The translations under genes were made by a program, and so were the position numbers. A stretch of 64,000 nt of DNA, from the NCBI RefSeq assembly GCF_000315625.1, contig NW_005434646.1:1-64000 (forward strand). Direction: 5' to 3'. The notes below the pieces were generated by a model, which saw only the letters and a program-made list of their open reading frames with translations, was not told the DNA's origin and did not search any database. Source of the stretch: Guillardia theta CCMP2712 (lineage: Eukaryota > Protista > Cryptophyta). Shown here piece by piece: positions 34,111-46,163 of the stretch (the first letter of the stretch is position 1; each line of letters starts with the position of its first letter).

Positions 34111-34264
34111 TGCATGCCTCAGGAAGGGGCGGCCTGCATGCCTCGGGAAGGGGCGGCCTGCATGCCTCGGGAAGGGGCGGCCTGCCTCGGGAAGGGGCGG
34201 CCTTGCCTCGGGAAGGGGCGGCCTGCCTCGGGAAGGGGCGGCCTGCCTCGGGAAGGGGCGGCCT
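34111..34264. repeat. 20/24-bp minisatellite (TGCCTCGGGAAGGGGCGGCC) x7, 5' end of copy G
   Basis: Three 24-nt units (extra TGCA) followed by four 20-nt units. Confidence 0.95.
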
Positions 34265-34330
34265 CCTAAACCCTAAACCCTAAACCCTAAACCCTAAACC
34301 CTAAACCCTAAACCCTAAACCCTAAACCCT
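34265..34330. repeat. Innermost telomeric tract (~9 units), boundary to unique sequence
   Basis: (CCCTAAA)n followed by non-repetitive DNA. Confidence 0.98.
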
Positions 34331-34859
34331 TTCCAAACTTTTTGAACTGTACAAATTCCTGCAAAGACCTTTGTATCATCATGAATGATCCCTTGTAGTC
34401 GTTGACTATTTTGGTCATCAAGAGAAACATTCACCTCCTGATGGGGGTACATACCATAGCTGGCTGCGTGGCGGCAACCGGGATCGCAGCGGCCACGGGG
34501 GGGTTCGTGAAGATGTCGTCGCTCTCTGTCGCTAAGGCCACACAGTCCCAAAAATTCAAAGTGCGACACAATCAGCGCTAGGAAGTTCTATTCAGTCATA
34601 TCTAGTAGAGCTTTATAGCCCTCCAGTTGTGGGGATGCGAGGCGCCTTGAAATACACAGCGATGCCATTTTCGATGCCATGGCAAAGAGCATTAAAATCT
34701 CAAATCTGAAGGGAAGGGAAGAAGGGTGGAAACATGGTCAGCGCTGTATTATGGTCCAAATGGTATGCATGCATAGGCACGCCAACATTAAAACATTTTT
34801 CTTTATGTTATGCATCCATGCATCCCTGTGTCAGTATGGTTTTGTACCCTCTTTATGTA

Positions 34860-36761
34860 TGGACAACACGTACTCTTCCAATGGTTTCATGCTCACGCTC
34901 GAAGACACTCCTGGTCTGACCTTGATTCACCCGCACTTGAATTTGCGCTCACTCCCATGCAGGCATCGGATTTCTCAATCACTACAACGGTCCATGGAAA
35001 ATAGGACCGTGGGGGTTCATCGATGGCTGTCCCAGCAGTTCCAGAACGACCTTGTGCCCAGGCGCCGCATATCCACCTGCTACCCAATCGTTTGAATGCA
35101 CAATCCCGGGGGGTCTGACTTGTGGAAGCTATGTACGCTGGGTACGGATCGATCTAACTCAACCAAAGGAAGTGAATGCAATCACGGTTTGGTCGTCGTA
35201 TGCAACAAACTATTGCCGGGACATGTTCGTGTACGTGACGAACACGTCCACTACCTTCACTTCAGCTGACGAGTGCAACTACTGGCCTGGGGAATGCTGC
35301 GGGTGTGACTATTGCTACAAAAAACAATACTGCAAACAACCCTTGACGTGAGTATACATACCCACACTTCTTTTCATGCTGACACCGTGCACTACACAGG
35401 GGGAGATACGTGTGGTTTTGGTCATACGTGGGTGGAGACAACAACAATCTGTTTGAAATCAACGAGTTATCTATTGAAGGCGGTTGCACGGGGTGTCCCT
35501 TGCACTCCACCTCAATATCAAGATTGGGGTCGCTGTCGCTCTTTTCATCCTCGGTGGCTACCTCTGGAACACCGATTGGGGATCTAGGACAGAAGGGCTC
35601 GTCTAGGCTGCGCTGCTCCGCCTTCCCACCTACCTTGCCCTTGTGGCGGTGGTGGCTCTGCAGCTGCAGCGGGGGAAAAAACACGAGTCGTTCGAGCAAG
35701 CCAAGGCGCAACTGGAGATCGAGGTTGTTTGCATCGCCTCCACCTCGGTGGTGGCCCTCCCACTCCTCGCGCTGAGCCCCTTTGTCGTTCTTCCCCTGAT
35801 CGCACTGCTATTGCGGGGTGTGGCTTTCCTGACGGTATATAAGAATTGCACATGCGACGTGGGGTACGTCGGGATCAATAACACAAACTTCACGAATCAA
35901 GACTTTGGAAGGTGTCTGGACATTTGTCCTGCAAACTCTACCAGAAGAAACGGCACAGATGGCTGCAAGTGCTTCGAGGGTCATATCAGCAAAAGAGCTC
36001 TGACACTAACCAACTATGCCGGTGGGCCGTGTGTTCAGCAGTCGTGCCAGGCTATATGCGGTAACTGCCAAAACAATCAAAGCACTGGAGGATGCAATTG
36101 CCTAGCTGGGTATGGCTACAATGAAAACAACGGCACGTGCGACTTGTGCCCACTGGGCTACCACTCTATCAATGTCGCTAATTCAGATCAAGTCTCAGAC
36201 AAGGGATGTGTATCATGCCCAGTGACGACATACGGCACCCCTGTCAGCGCGGTCGAAAACACTTGCACCGACTGCCCATCCGATTCCTTCGCCGCACCCG
36301 GTTCCGTTTCATGCACCAAATGCTCGTCCGTGTGCGTCAACTGTTCCAGGCTGCCCAGTAGCCATCCCCTCACCGGGAATTTCACTACCGATTGCAACTG
36401 CTCAACATACTTTGCATATTTTGCATCTTCGTCGTCTTGCCAACGGTGCGCTGCAGGCTGGGAAGCATACTATACACAAAAGACAGGAACCATTACAGGA
36501 AGCGCTTATTGCACAAAATGCCCTGACGGCACGATCTCTAAACTTCCCGGATCCTCGTTTGATAAATGCTTGCCTTGTGATTCCAATAGCTACTGCGCTT
36601 CTGGCCTTGAAACCGCCTGCCCAGAATACTCCTCCTCACCCGCAGGATCGGCAAATTTGTTTAATTGCAGCTGCATACAAGGCTACTACAGAAGAGATCC
36701 TTTGCTTTGCGCAATCTGTCCAAAGGGCTTGCATTGCCCGGACACATGCTCGGTTGTTTGA
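34860..36761 (+). CDS. Cys-rich extracellular protein (F5/8- or fucolectin-like module plus EGF/TNFR/GCC2-like repeats); probably disrupted
   Basis: WVRIDL..VNAITVW..(intron)GRYVWF..EINEL, then repeated CPxxSxS..CxCxxGY motifs with many N-glycosylation sequons. Frame break around 35515-35830; start uncertain. Confidence 0.62.
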
Positions 36762-37880
36762 CACTGGGTGTGCGGCATTCTACATTGGTCAAGCCTTCTC
36801 GACTCTCCTGATTGTAACTTTGAGTAAAGGGACTTGACTGATCCTTTGCTTTGCGCAATCTGTCCAAAGGGCTTTTTCAACAATGAACGGATAGTCAGAG
36901 ATTTGGCCAGATTGTGGGAAGCCATGATCAACGAACAGACAGCCAGAGATATAGCCAGAGAGGAGGAAGCTAGGATCAACGAACAGAGAGCCAGAGAGAG
37001 AGCCAGAGAGAGAGCCAGAGAGAGGGATATGATCAACGAACACAGTGCCAGAGAGAGAGAGAAGGCCGCTTTCTTTCGCAGGATGGTTCAACTTCAGGGA
37101 TATTGGCAACATAGGACTTCAATGATTTTTAAAAATAAAAAAGAAATTTCAAATAACTTCACCATATACTTTTCACTAGCCGTTATCCCGCAGCTACCCA
37201 CCGTACACTACCCACCCTCCCTCGCATCATCTCACAACACTTTTTTTCGATCCCTGGGGGGGGGGGGGGGATGTTTTTGGTACCATACCCGGGTTGGGGT
37301 GGATCGTTTAGAATTATTCAAAACACTTTGCCGGCGCCGGCGGTTGCCCCGGCATTGCGCCGGGTAAAGTTATGGAATTCAGAATTGACCTCTAATTGGC
37401 GTAGCGAACTCGCCTCAGTAGTGTTTTATTGAGTCTTGGACCTCTGAGGCGGGTGTGTAAGTGTTTGAGGGTAGGGAGGGAGGGTGGGTGGGGTCCTGAA
37501 CTGGTTTGTTTGGTAAACTTTTTGCGTCAAATTTCCAAACTTGAAAACAAATATTTCAAATAAATTCAAATAATGAAAACTTCTCAATAAACCAATACCT
37601 AGGGGGTACTGTCATGTTTTGCTGGCGACGAAGGGTGGGGTGGTAGTAATACGAGAACTTCCATGTCATGGCACGTGAAGCGAGATAGCATCTCAGAACA
37701 GAACTGCAAAACGGGGAGGGAATGAAGTAGGAGACGAGGTAGCAGAAGAAAACGTGTTGACACAAGACTTTACGATAGTGAGAAAATGGATAAAGTGCAC
37801 TCTGATATTTCCACACGACGCAGTGATTATGTTCTTTGATACTATAGTGATTGGTTTTGCAAAGCAGGATTATTCTCCGG

Positions 37881-38877
37881 ATGCCTGCAGAAAACCTCCC
37901 TTCGGACCCTGCACCACAGACTCAGGGCAGCCTTCCAGGATTCAAATTCAATCTTGGTCACCAAGAAACAGATCGGATCATAGACGAACTCGAGCAAGTT
38001 TGCAAACAAGTTCGACAGAGCGCAGGAGAGTCTTGGATGACGGCAGACGCAGCAGCAAATATCATCTGCAGCAACTTGGGTTACGAAGACCAGGGTGAGC
38101 TTGAGGTGCGGAAGCTATTATTGACCTAACCAGTGTCTTGACACGCACTTGCAGGACGCCCTGAAATGCCAGTGGGGAACGTTTTTGGAATCGATGCCCC
38201 ACTTAGAAACCAAAATTCAGGATGATGGGTCTTTTGCAGAAGGAAAGCTAGTATTTCGCATGAAACCATTTCAAGCTTTGCTTGATCGGAAAATGTTCAT
38301 CAAGACTTTTAAGATCAATAACAGGCAAGACCTTTGGCGCATCTGTCACAAAGCTCCAAGTGCAGTCCTTGAAATCCCTGAGATGGAGTTTGAGATTGGA
38401 GCCGACGCCAAGCGAAAGATTGACTCCATCTACAATCACCTTGCTTCTGCAATTTACAACCTCAGTATGCACTTGTCCACGCTGGGATCACAACTCTCTG
38501 AGGACCATCGCAATAAAATTGGCGCGACAATCCAAGAGCTTAACGTGCTTCTTGACGTTGAAAAGCCTTTCACGGTCATGCTGCATGATCGCACGGGTTT
38601 GAGCGACATCCAGCCAGAGGACGGTGTTGAAACGCAGTATGGTGGACCTGCTGAAGAAGATCCGTGAGAGAACGAGATGAGTCTTCGCAAACACTAACTT
38701 GTGCTGGTGCCAGAATTGAAACTGAGGAAAGAAAAATGGAAGAGGTGAAACTAACTTTCCATGATTTCGATTTGATTTTTTTTGATTCTTTTTTTGTAGA
38801 TGATGTTTGCCATCTCTGAGGACGAGAAAGGCGAGTCAGAAGATTTGAGTCGCTTGACTGTCACAGATGTTGACTAG
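37881..38877 (+). CDS. ZPR1 A/B-domain-like protein (multi-exon)
   Basis: DLWRICHKAPSAVLEIPEMEFEI...PFTVMLHDRTGLSDI resembles ZPR1 (DLxR.VKS..A.I.IPEL.FEI...PFTL.L.DP.GNS.I). First intron ~38106-38154. Confidence 0.65.
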
Positions 38878-39098
38878 AACAACTTTTTTTTGTTTGATAA
38901 GAAAAGAACGTTTAATCCGATTGGTTGAATGGAGCAACATTCAGACGATGCTCTAATTCGCTATTTGGTCGTTTTGAGTATTCGAAATCCCAGCAACCTT
39001 CTCCCGTTGGCCCATCTTCCAAGGGACCCGATCGGCCTGCGGTGATCATCGGAATCCTGCTGTGAAACAACAGTCTGTATGTTGAGTCTGCATCGGAT

Positions 39099-39617
39099 GT
39101 GGCCACCACACTGTTGCTCAAGGAACTCGCTGCTGCCAACCCTTGGTTCGAGAATATGCACTTCAGCACTGCGCGGAACAAATTCGTCGAATATGTCGAG
39201 GACTTCAAGACGACTCAAAAACCTTCTCCTGGGGGTGTTGGGAACGCATCTGGCAACGCCAATGAAGTGTATGGCGAGTGGGAGCATACTTGGCAAGAGG
39301 TTGTTACTAAAATTGAAACCCATCGTCATATGAAAGAACGTGTGCGGGAGCAAACCAAGCAACCAATTGAGTTGGTGCATCGTGCTTTGCAGACTGTAGT
39401 AGCCAAGAAGAACAAGGACAAACAGCCAGATGGTACCAACGACCCTGAGGTGGACAATGAGGTGTTATCACCTGGACACTTTGTTGAATCGGAACAGGCG
39501 CTTGCAATCACCATCAGAGATAGCTTCAAGCCTAGGGGGGTCAGTAGACGACCCACTCGCTTGACTGAGAGGTGTTTCAGCGTCAACAATCCTGGATTCC
39601 ATGACTCGATCGAGTAG
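39099..39617 (+). CDS. Hypothetical protein or degraded fragment
   Basis: 172-aa frame with protein-like composition; no motif recognised. Confidence 0.3.
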   Translation: MATTLLLKELAAANPWFENMHFSTARNKFVEYVEDFKTTQKPSPGGVGNASGNANEVYGEWEHTWQEVVTKIETHRHMKERVREQTKQPIELVHRALQTVVAKKNKDKQPDGTNDPEVDNEVLSPGHFVESEQALAITIRDSFKPRGVSRRPTRLTERCFSVNNPGFHDSIE

Positions 39618-41527
39618 CAACATGAGGTGTCCATCTAACCTCACTTTCATCGAGATGAGTTCCAGAGGAGCATCGAGTACAATGAGTGCTTGCATACCTA
39701 AGAATCGCAAGACGTTGAGAATTATCTTCAAGGCTTTGTGTTGCCTACGAAGGTTCCGTATCTGTACTGCTGACAGCCGTGTCCTGGGTCGATATGGCAC
39801 AGGTTGTCTGCGATGCAGAGGGAACGCCCTTCCAGACCCCCCAAAACTCGCAACGGTTCTAAGCGGGTTCCAAAGTAATTACATATGCGGGTCCACTTGC
39901 TTTGGATGGAAATTTGGATCAACCTTGATGGTCTGAGACAAATTCGTATCATCCCGAAAGCGAATTGGTGCTGTCCAACATTCATCATAGAATTGTTTGG
40001 CGATAGCCTCAAGTGCCAGCTTCTTTGAGGTCTCTCCAGAATCTAGCTGGAAAGCATTCTGCGAACGATGCATGTTGATCATGAACTTGCGAGTTGATTC
40101 ATGCAGCCTCCAAAGTGGCATACCGTGTCTATTGGGACGTGGTACAGGTGGTGTTGAAAGGGGATTGGATCCACTGGCAGAACCGATGTTGGCGTTGGAT
40201 GTCAAGGCGGCGACCAACACAAAAGTTACGAAGGAGAACTTCGTTCTCCTCATCATCAGATCCCAGTTGGAACCAGCATTGCGAACACAGCCTGTGCTTG
40301 CACACATGTACTACTAATATGCAAGCAGGATCAAGCGTTTGGCAACACTGCGCGCATGCCTGAACACCCCTTCCTGTTGTCTGCATGCTACCAGGTGATA
40401 CCACGTTCGTACCCGTCGGACCGACCTATTGCCTTCCGATGGCGGGAAGGGCACATCAATACATACCCTGAAATTTCTGATATCTCAATTGGAAAATCGT
40501 CCACCTTTGAGGTGGGACACAATGGATCGAAGGGCCTTGGTAGGCGGCAGAACCATGACAATGCATGACAATTTCGGTTTTATAAACATGTATATTTCAA
40601 ATAAATTTAAGACTACTGTAGACCTTTGGGGCTCGGCGTGAAACGGCCCTTATGGTGCACCAACTTGGTGCTGCCCGAAATAGATTGCCGTTGGAGCGTT
40701 GACTAAACATTTGTACCAAGCCTTTTTTTTCGCTAATTGCTCTAAAAACATCTAGTAGAAATAAATGATGTTTGTCCTCGTACTGATTTTTAACTTAACT
40801 TTGAGTACAGAGATGTTACAGTCACCTGGTTTGATAAGCAGAGCCGGACCTACATCTCCCAAAATAGATCGCTTTCGTGGTACAGCCAATGCCATGATGC
40901 ACGGGCATCAAGATGATGCGATGCAACGATGATGCGTGATTAAGGGGAGGTACGGGGAAGAGCAAGAAGAAGCTAGTTGACGTAGACTGCAGGAGCAGGG
41001 TGGGCGGTTAAAAAGTTCTGTGGTGGGAGGAGGAAGGGAACAAAATTTACAAGAAACATTGAATATGGTGTATGAGAGAGAGGAGCGAGGCGTAAACTTG
41101 GAAGATCAATGCAGTGCAGGCAATTACGGAAAAGGGGGTGGTGAAGCCGACTTTCTGATGTACAATATGCTTAGTCTTATCTTGTCAGATGTTCGCCCTG
41201 CTTACTCAAACCATGCTCTCTGAAGACTCTGGCTCTGGCTACATTGCATATGGCGCAGGTGACTTTGACGGACAGAGCTCTGGACATGACTTCTACGGCG
41301 TGCGTTTCTCGTTTCTTACCTAAATTTGCGTAACTCTTTCACACAGACCGTCTACTTCCCCCCCACTGGCTTTGTCAACAACTGTGATGGAGGACGCAGC
41401 CACAACTATTGTGACTACCGTCAGCAGTAATAAGAGGAGACGAAGTTCAGACGCAATAAAGTCCACTCAATCTATTGTACGCAAGCAATGGAGCCTCTCA
41501 AGTTCTGTCGCTCGTTCAACCCTAATT

Positions 41528-44500
41528 TCATGTCAACGAATTTGCTGGGCCAAGCTCTTTGGGAAAGAGACTGTGTCGAGCCCCTGAGTTCAAGTCAGAA
41601 CACCTTAACCTGACTACATATTCGACCTGCACTTCTTGTGAGATGATGCTCCCAATCTGCAGAGTTTCAATGCTCTTCCTACTCACCTGAGTTTTATCAT
41701 TTATGCTCTCCTCCTGAAGCCTCTCACCATTTGACACTTGGACTTGACCAAACCACCTCTGTCCTGTTGTTTCTTTAGCGGGTCTGATGCCGCAACTGTG
41801 AAAGCGATCGAAACCTGTGGATTGTCTAGACGCAAACCTATGTCTTGAGGTTCGTGAAGGAACTTGAAGGACCCCTGGGCTGTGTCAGTAGCACGCGAGA
41901 CCAGGGCCAAGCGTACCTCTCTGCTCGAAACAGATGATCGCCTCCTGACAGGCCCTGCATCCTCGGCGACAAACGCCTTGTCCTTTCCCGTTGCCTTGGA
42001 TTCAGAGACTGTCCTAGACATGCTAGGCCCATGCTTGAGCTTGACGTTAGCATCTGAGGTGTCATTCCCCCAGAGTGAGTCCGAGGTTGACTTCTTGGAA
42101 CCTCGACAAGGCTGGCGTTGGGGGAAGGTGAGATCCATTCCCATTCTTTTCCCGATGTCTGCGGAATCTTGACTCCTCCGCTGATCCTTGAGTTGCCTTT
42201 CAAGCATGTAGTTCGACCATTCGATCTCCTTGGAGCTGCTACGAGCCCCTCGTGACGAGTTTGATTGATCGGCATAAGATCTGTCTAAGTCGATGGATCT
42301 CCTGCAATTCTGCTCGCTCACAGTCCTTGCGTCCTTATGAATCTTATCTTTGACGACAATCTTATCCTTTTTGTCCTGAAACTTGTTGTACTTGTCATTT
42401 CTACTGGGTTGGCATGAGCAACAATTGCTCTGCACTGCTGTCAACGATTCCAGCAAGTTTTCAACATGATGGCAAAGGTTTCCAACTTGAGCCTCGAGCT
42501 CGGTGAAACGTCGTTCCCATTTTTGGAATTTCACATCGATGTTAAGGTTTGTTTCAAGTTGTTCGACGTTTCCTTGATCTGGAAGATTACATGTCATCGC
42601 ACGACCAAACGTGGTAAAGATTGTACCGTTTTGATGTACCACTGTATCATTTCTACTGATCAACTTTTCGACTTCTTGTTGAACAATCTTACGAATTTCC
42701 TGAGGAAAGAGGAATTTCAGTGGCAGGAGTGAAAAGCACGAACTGTTCATACTGCAAGATCAGCTTTGTCAAATTTTGACTTGGCTTTTTCAGAGCATTC
42801 TGGTTCGGATGTGTGTTTCTCAGTACTTGAATCTTTCTTCATTGACGGCAGTTTCGTGATATCTGAACAAAGAGAAATTGATGTCAGAAATTTAATTGTA
42901 CAAGCAATAATACCTGGGAGTTTTGTGCTTCCTTTCTCACCAGTGAAGAGATGAGGATGTTCCGCTGGACATGGTTAAGCATAAGGATGTCAAAACAAAT
43001 AGGCCTGGTCACCCTTGAAACGTCGAAATTGCGTGAAAGCCTGACATGCAGTAAGGAAAATCAACACAATGAGAATGTGATCACATTTTTCATATTCTTT
43101 CTCGATTCAGCAAGTTGTCTTGTTGCTGATGACAAGTCACTCCCCAACAAAAACAAGAGGAACAAATCTCACCAGCCTCACCCATCAGTCTCTTGCTCTT
43201 GATACGCACAAAGACTTGAATCCTTCTGTACTATAGTTATGCCCTGCTGTGTTTCAATCCAATCAACCTCGCACTAGCGACCACAAGACGACAGCGCATG
43301 GACTCGATGCTCATGATTCTCATCAGCTCCGCTTCGTTGTCATTGAGATCAAACGCTCTACAAATCAAATCAAACACTTGTTGCAAGATTCTTCTGTCAT
43401 ACACCTAGTGGCCGAAGCTGTGAAAATGGCAGTGAAGAGAAATCCCGCCAACATCGCAAAGATACTCACGAACCGTCCAGCATGGGTGACCTGTTGAGGT
43501 TGTAAAGAAAGGGTACTCCAATCAAAGAATGGTTCTCCAGTCCTTCACTTACTGGGTACATGTCACCATATCCAGTAGTTGACATGGTCACCTATAAACC
43601 CAATTTTTAGTCCATTTCGTAGCACGGATCAATTCAGCTCACCATCACCATCCACAACTTCATGATAAGCAGCAAAAATATGAGTGTCTACAAGGGAAAC
43701 CAATATCATCAAATTCACCTGATTCCAAAAATAGTTTGCTGCATTGCAATGTATCAGGAAAAAAATCAGACAGCAAAATATCTCACAATGTATTCGATTG
43801 GCACATCCTTCTGCCACTCGAGTGCAGTAAGCCATTACGACTATCGAAACGAGCGCCATTCCTCCGATGAAGCGCAGTGGGTGTCTCTTCAAGGCAACCT
43901 TGAGAGCAAGTTTTCCTCCTATCTTGTTCGCAGGATTGAAGATCTACAACAATGCACATTTCTCATGGGAAAAAGAATGAATTAGCTCTTCACCATCTGA
44001 AGCGTTGCCTCGTCTCCTAGGTTAAACGCTGCTTCTTCAAAATAGTGCATAAAGAGCCATCGTCTAACAAGTAGATACGCTAGATAGAGCCTGCAAAGGT
44101 TTGTGAGAATCTACCTTGTGTTACCTCAATGCAAAACAAATCGTTGTACCTGAAGAACATCCAGATGACAATCAATGACTCGAATCTATACACCGCAACT
44201 CTTCCGAGCATTTCAACATCGATCCTCATCTGCCATGATCTCACAGACCTCAAGGCATGGTTAATCTTTCAGATTTACTGTAAATCCCGGCAAACAATGT
44301 GGCAAACAAATGATGAGCTCAATCATGAAGCGAATGATTTGTATCTTTCTGATGTGCTTCCTCTTGACCAGGACAAATTGGTACGGATCAAAGGATCCTC
44401 TTCTCGTATGAAAATAAAACAGCTTAGCTTCTGCCAGGCGAACAAAGATGATGTTGTAGTAGGCGATCAAAAGAATTAGCACCAAGGTAGATGCGGTGAC

Positions 44501-44689
44501 AGCAGCCTTGGCAAGCTCGACTCCAACTCTCCGAGATTGTATTGTCTGTTCCCGCGCACAATGCTGTTGGATCTTTTTGATGTTTGAAGGATACCCATAT
44601 TGAATAAACTTTTCTGGCCTGAATGTCACTTTTTCAATCTAACGTTTAAATCGAGCAATATAGGCTTGATAGGTATTGTCCTTCTCCAT
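41528..44689 (-). CDS. Potassium channel, SK/KCNN-like (multi-exon; ends approximate)
   Basis: Pore VTMSTTGYGDMYP (~43555-43592), S6-like GRFVSIFAMLAGFLFTAIFTA, ELIICLPHCLPG, AYCTRVAEG, and a C-terminal coiled coil. Confidence 0.8.
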
Positions 44690-46163
44690 GGAAACTTCAC
44701 TTCAACAGTTCCTTGTACACCCAAAATTTACACCTACAGGTGAATCAGTTAGCATGCACCTTCGTATTTCTGGTCTTGATCAACTCATAGCATTTTCAAT
44801 CTATTCTGAATGTGATTCTATACTTCCCGGTGAAAATAAACTGCACGAAGAAAACGTAATGGAAATATTTCAACTGTTTCTGGTTCCTTCCGTTCTGGTA
44901 TTCGATCTCCAACCTCCCTCTCTTTGCCTCAGCAAGAGAAGACAACTCATGTCTGTCTGTCGCTTTCTCAGTTTTCTCACTACTGCGCCTCTAGCTACCT
45001 TTCAAGTGGATGGTTTGACACGCACAAGAGTAAACCGGAGGTAGGTAGGGTATTTGACGGAATGGGTACGGGTGGCTCTGAATTTCAATAATAGGGTAGG
45101 GGTGGTCTCACCCTCTACTAGGTGAGACCAAGTTCAGCGATACAACGGTCACAGACTGAAACGGTTTCTTGAAAGAGGAGGCGGTGTATGCTAGCGCTAC
45201 TCTCTTTGTCCTGATCCTTGTTCCCCTGCTTGTCGTGCATGCTGTCGCTTGCGTGGTTGGAGTAGCGGTTTTCGCTGCCTCCTCCGTTTCCTAGTCACTT
45301 TTATTGAGGCGGGTTTGTAGGCTTTATTCTCGTCCACTTCTTGTTTGCTCCGGTTTGCTTCAGGGAAGCTTTCCATGATCTGGCGTCTCCAAGTGGGTCA
45401 ATATCAGCACCCAGAGGAATGACGCGAGGTGCTTGAGTTGTCCAAATCCTCCAAGGCTCACGAGGTGGGCGCCCTATTCGCCGTAGGCGGCTCCTATCTT
45501 TGAAAAACGAATACACGACAGTCTGAGGGTGCCATTGCCTTACTTCGCTCTTGAGGCAGCCTGTACCGAAGTGAACCTGTATTAGCACATGGAATACTAC
45601 AAGGTTCTGGGCATTGACAAGTATGGGGCGACAAAGAATTGTTATCGATGCAAATCGAAGAGAAACGGCGGGGCTTTGAAGCAGTGGCAACTGAGGTACG
45701 AGGTTTGAAATGGTGTGGATCCACCAGATGTTCAAGAGGTCGGATATTATCTCGCCGCATGTAAATGTTGAACTGAACATCCTGCTCATAGAGTAATCAG
45801 TGACGTGAGTTGAAAGCAGGTCACAGCAGCAACTCACACCATCATTGCAAAACAAACTTCCTTCTGCGTATTGCCAGCACGGTTTGTCTGTGGAAGAGTC
45901 TATTGGATAGCGTCTAGTCATTTCACTGAGGAAGGCGCCACGTCGTGACGAATGTCCTCATCTCAATACGCAAAGATTGCTGGGCACTGGCAACTTTGTA
46001 TATTTCGAAACGATCGCCTACATGCGCAAAACAGGAATTCTGACGATTCTGAAGTTTTTGAAGCACAATCTTGCAAGGCGACTGTCTACGTGCAAAAACT
46101 TCTCTTCTTCTGTCGCGTCCTCCCAGGTTCCAACTACTCCCTTGGCGCTGCTCTTACGATTGA

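Larger units (their letters stand above)
31323..34264 (-). mobile_element. Copy G: structurally complete ORF1-only (non-autonomous) element with (CTA)n tail
   Basis: Layout is telomere, 5' array, B-like ORF1, ~580-nt 3' UTR, TAATAAACTCAA(CTA)6, telomere. No RT sequence anywhere inside. Confidence 0.9.

Noticed and set aside
39468-40404. RING-like Cys pattern (CAQC..CKHRLCSQC) and neighbouring broken frames as a transposon or E3 gene
   Set aside because: Pattern incomplete and frames fragmented; no supportable call without a search.
45040-45130. GGTAGGGTA motifs and a 10-bp inverted repeat resembling 10665-10750
   Set aside because: Similarity too short to define a repeat family or MITE.
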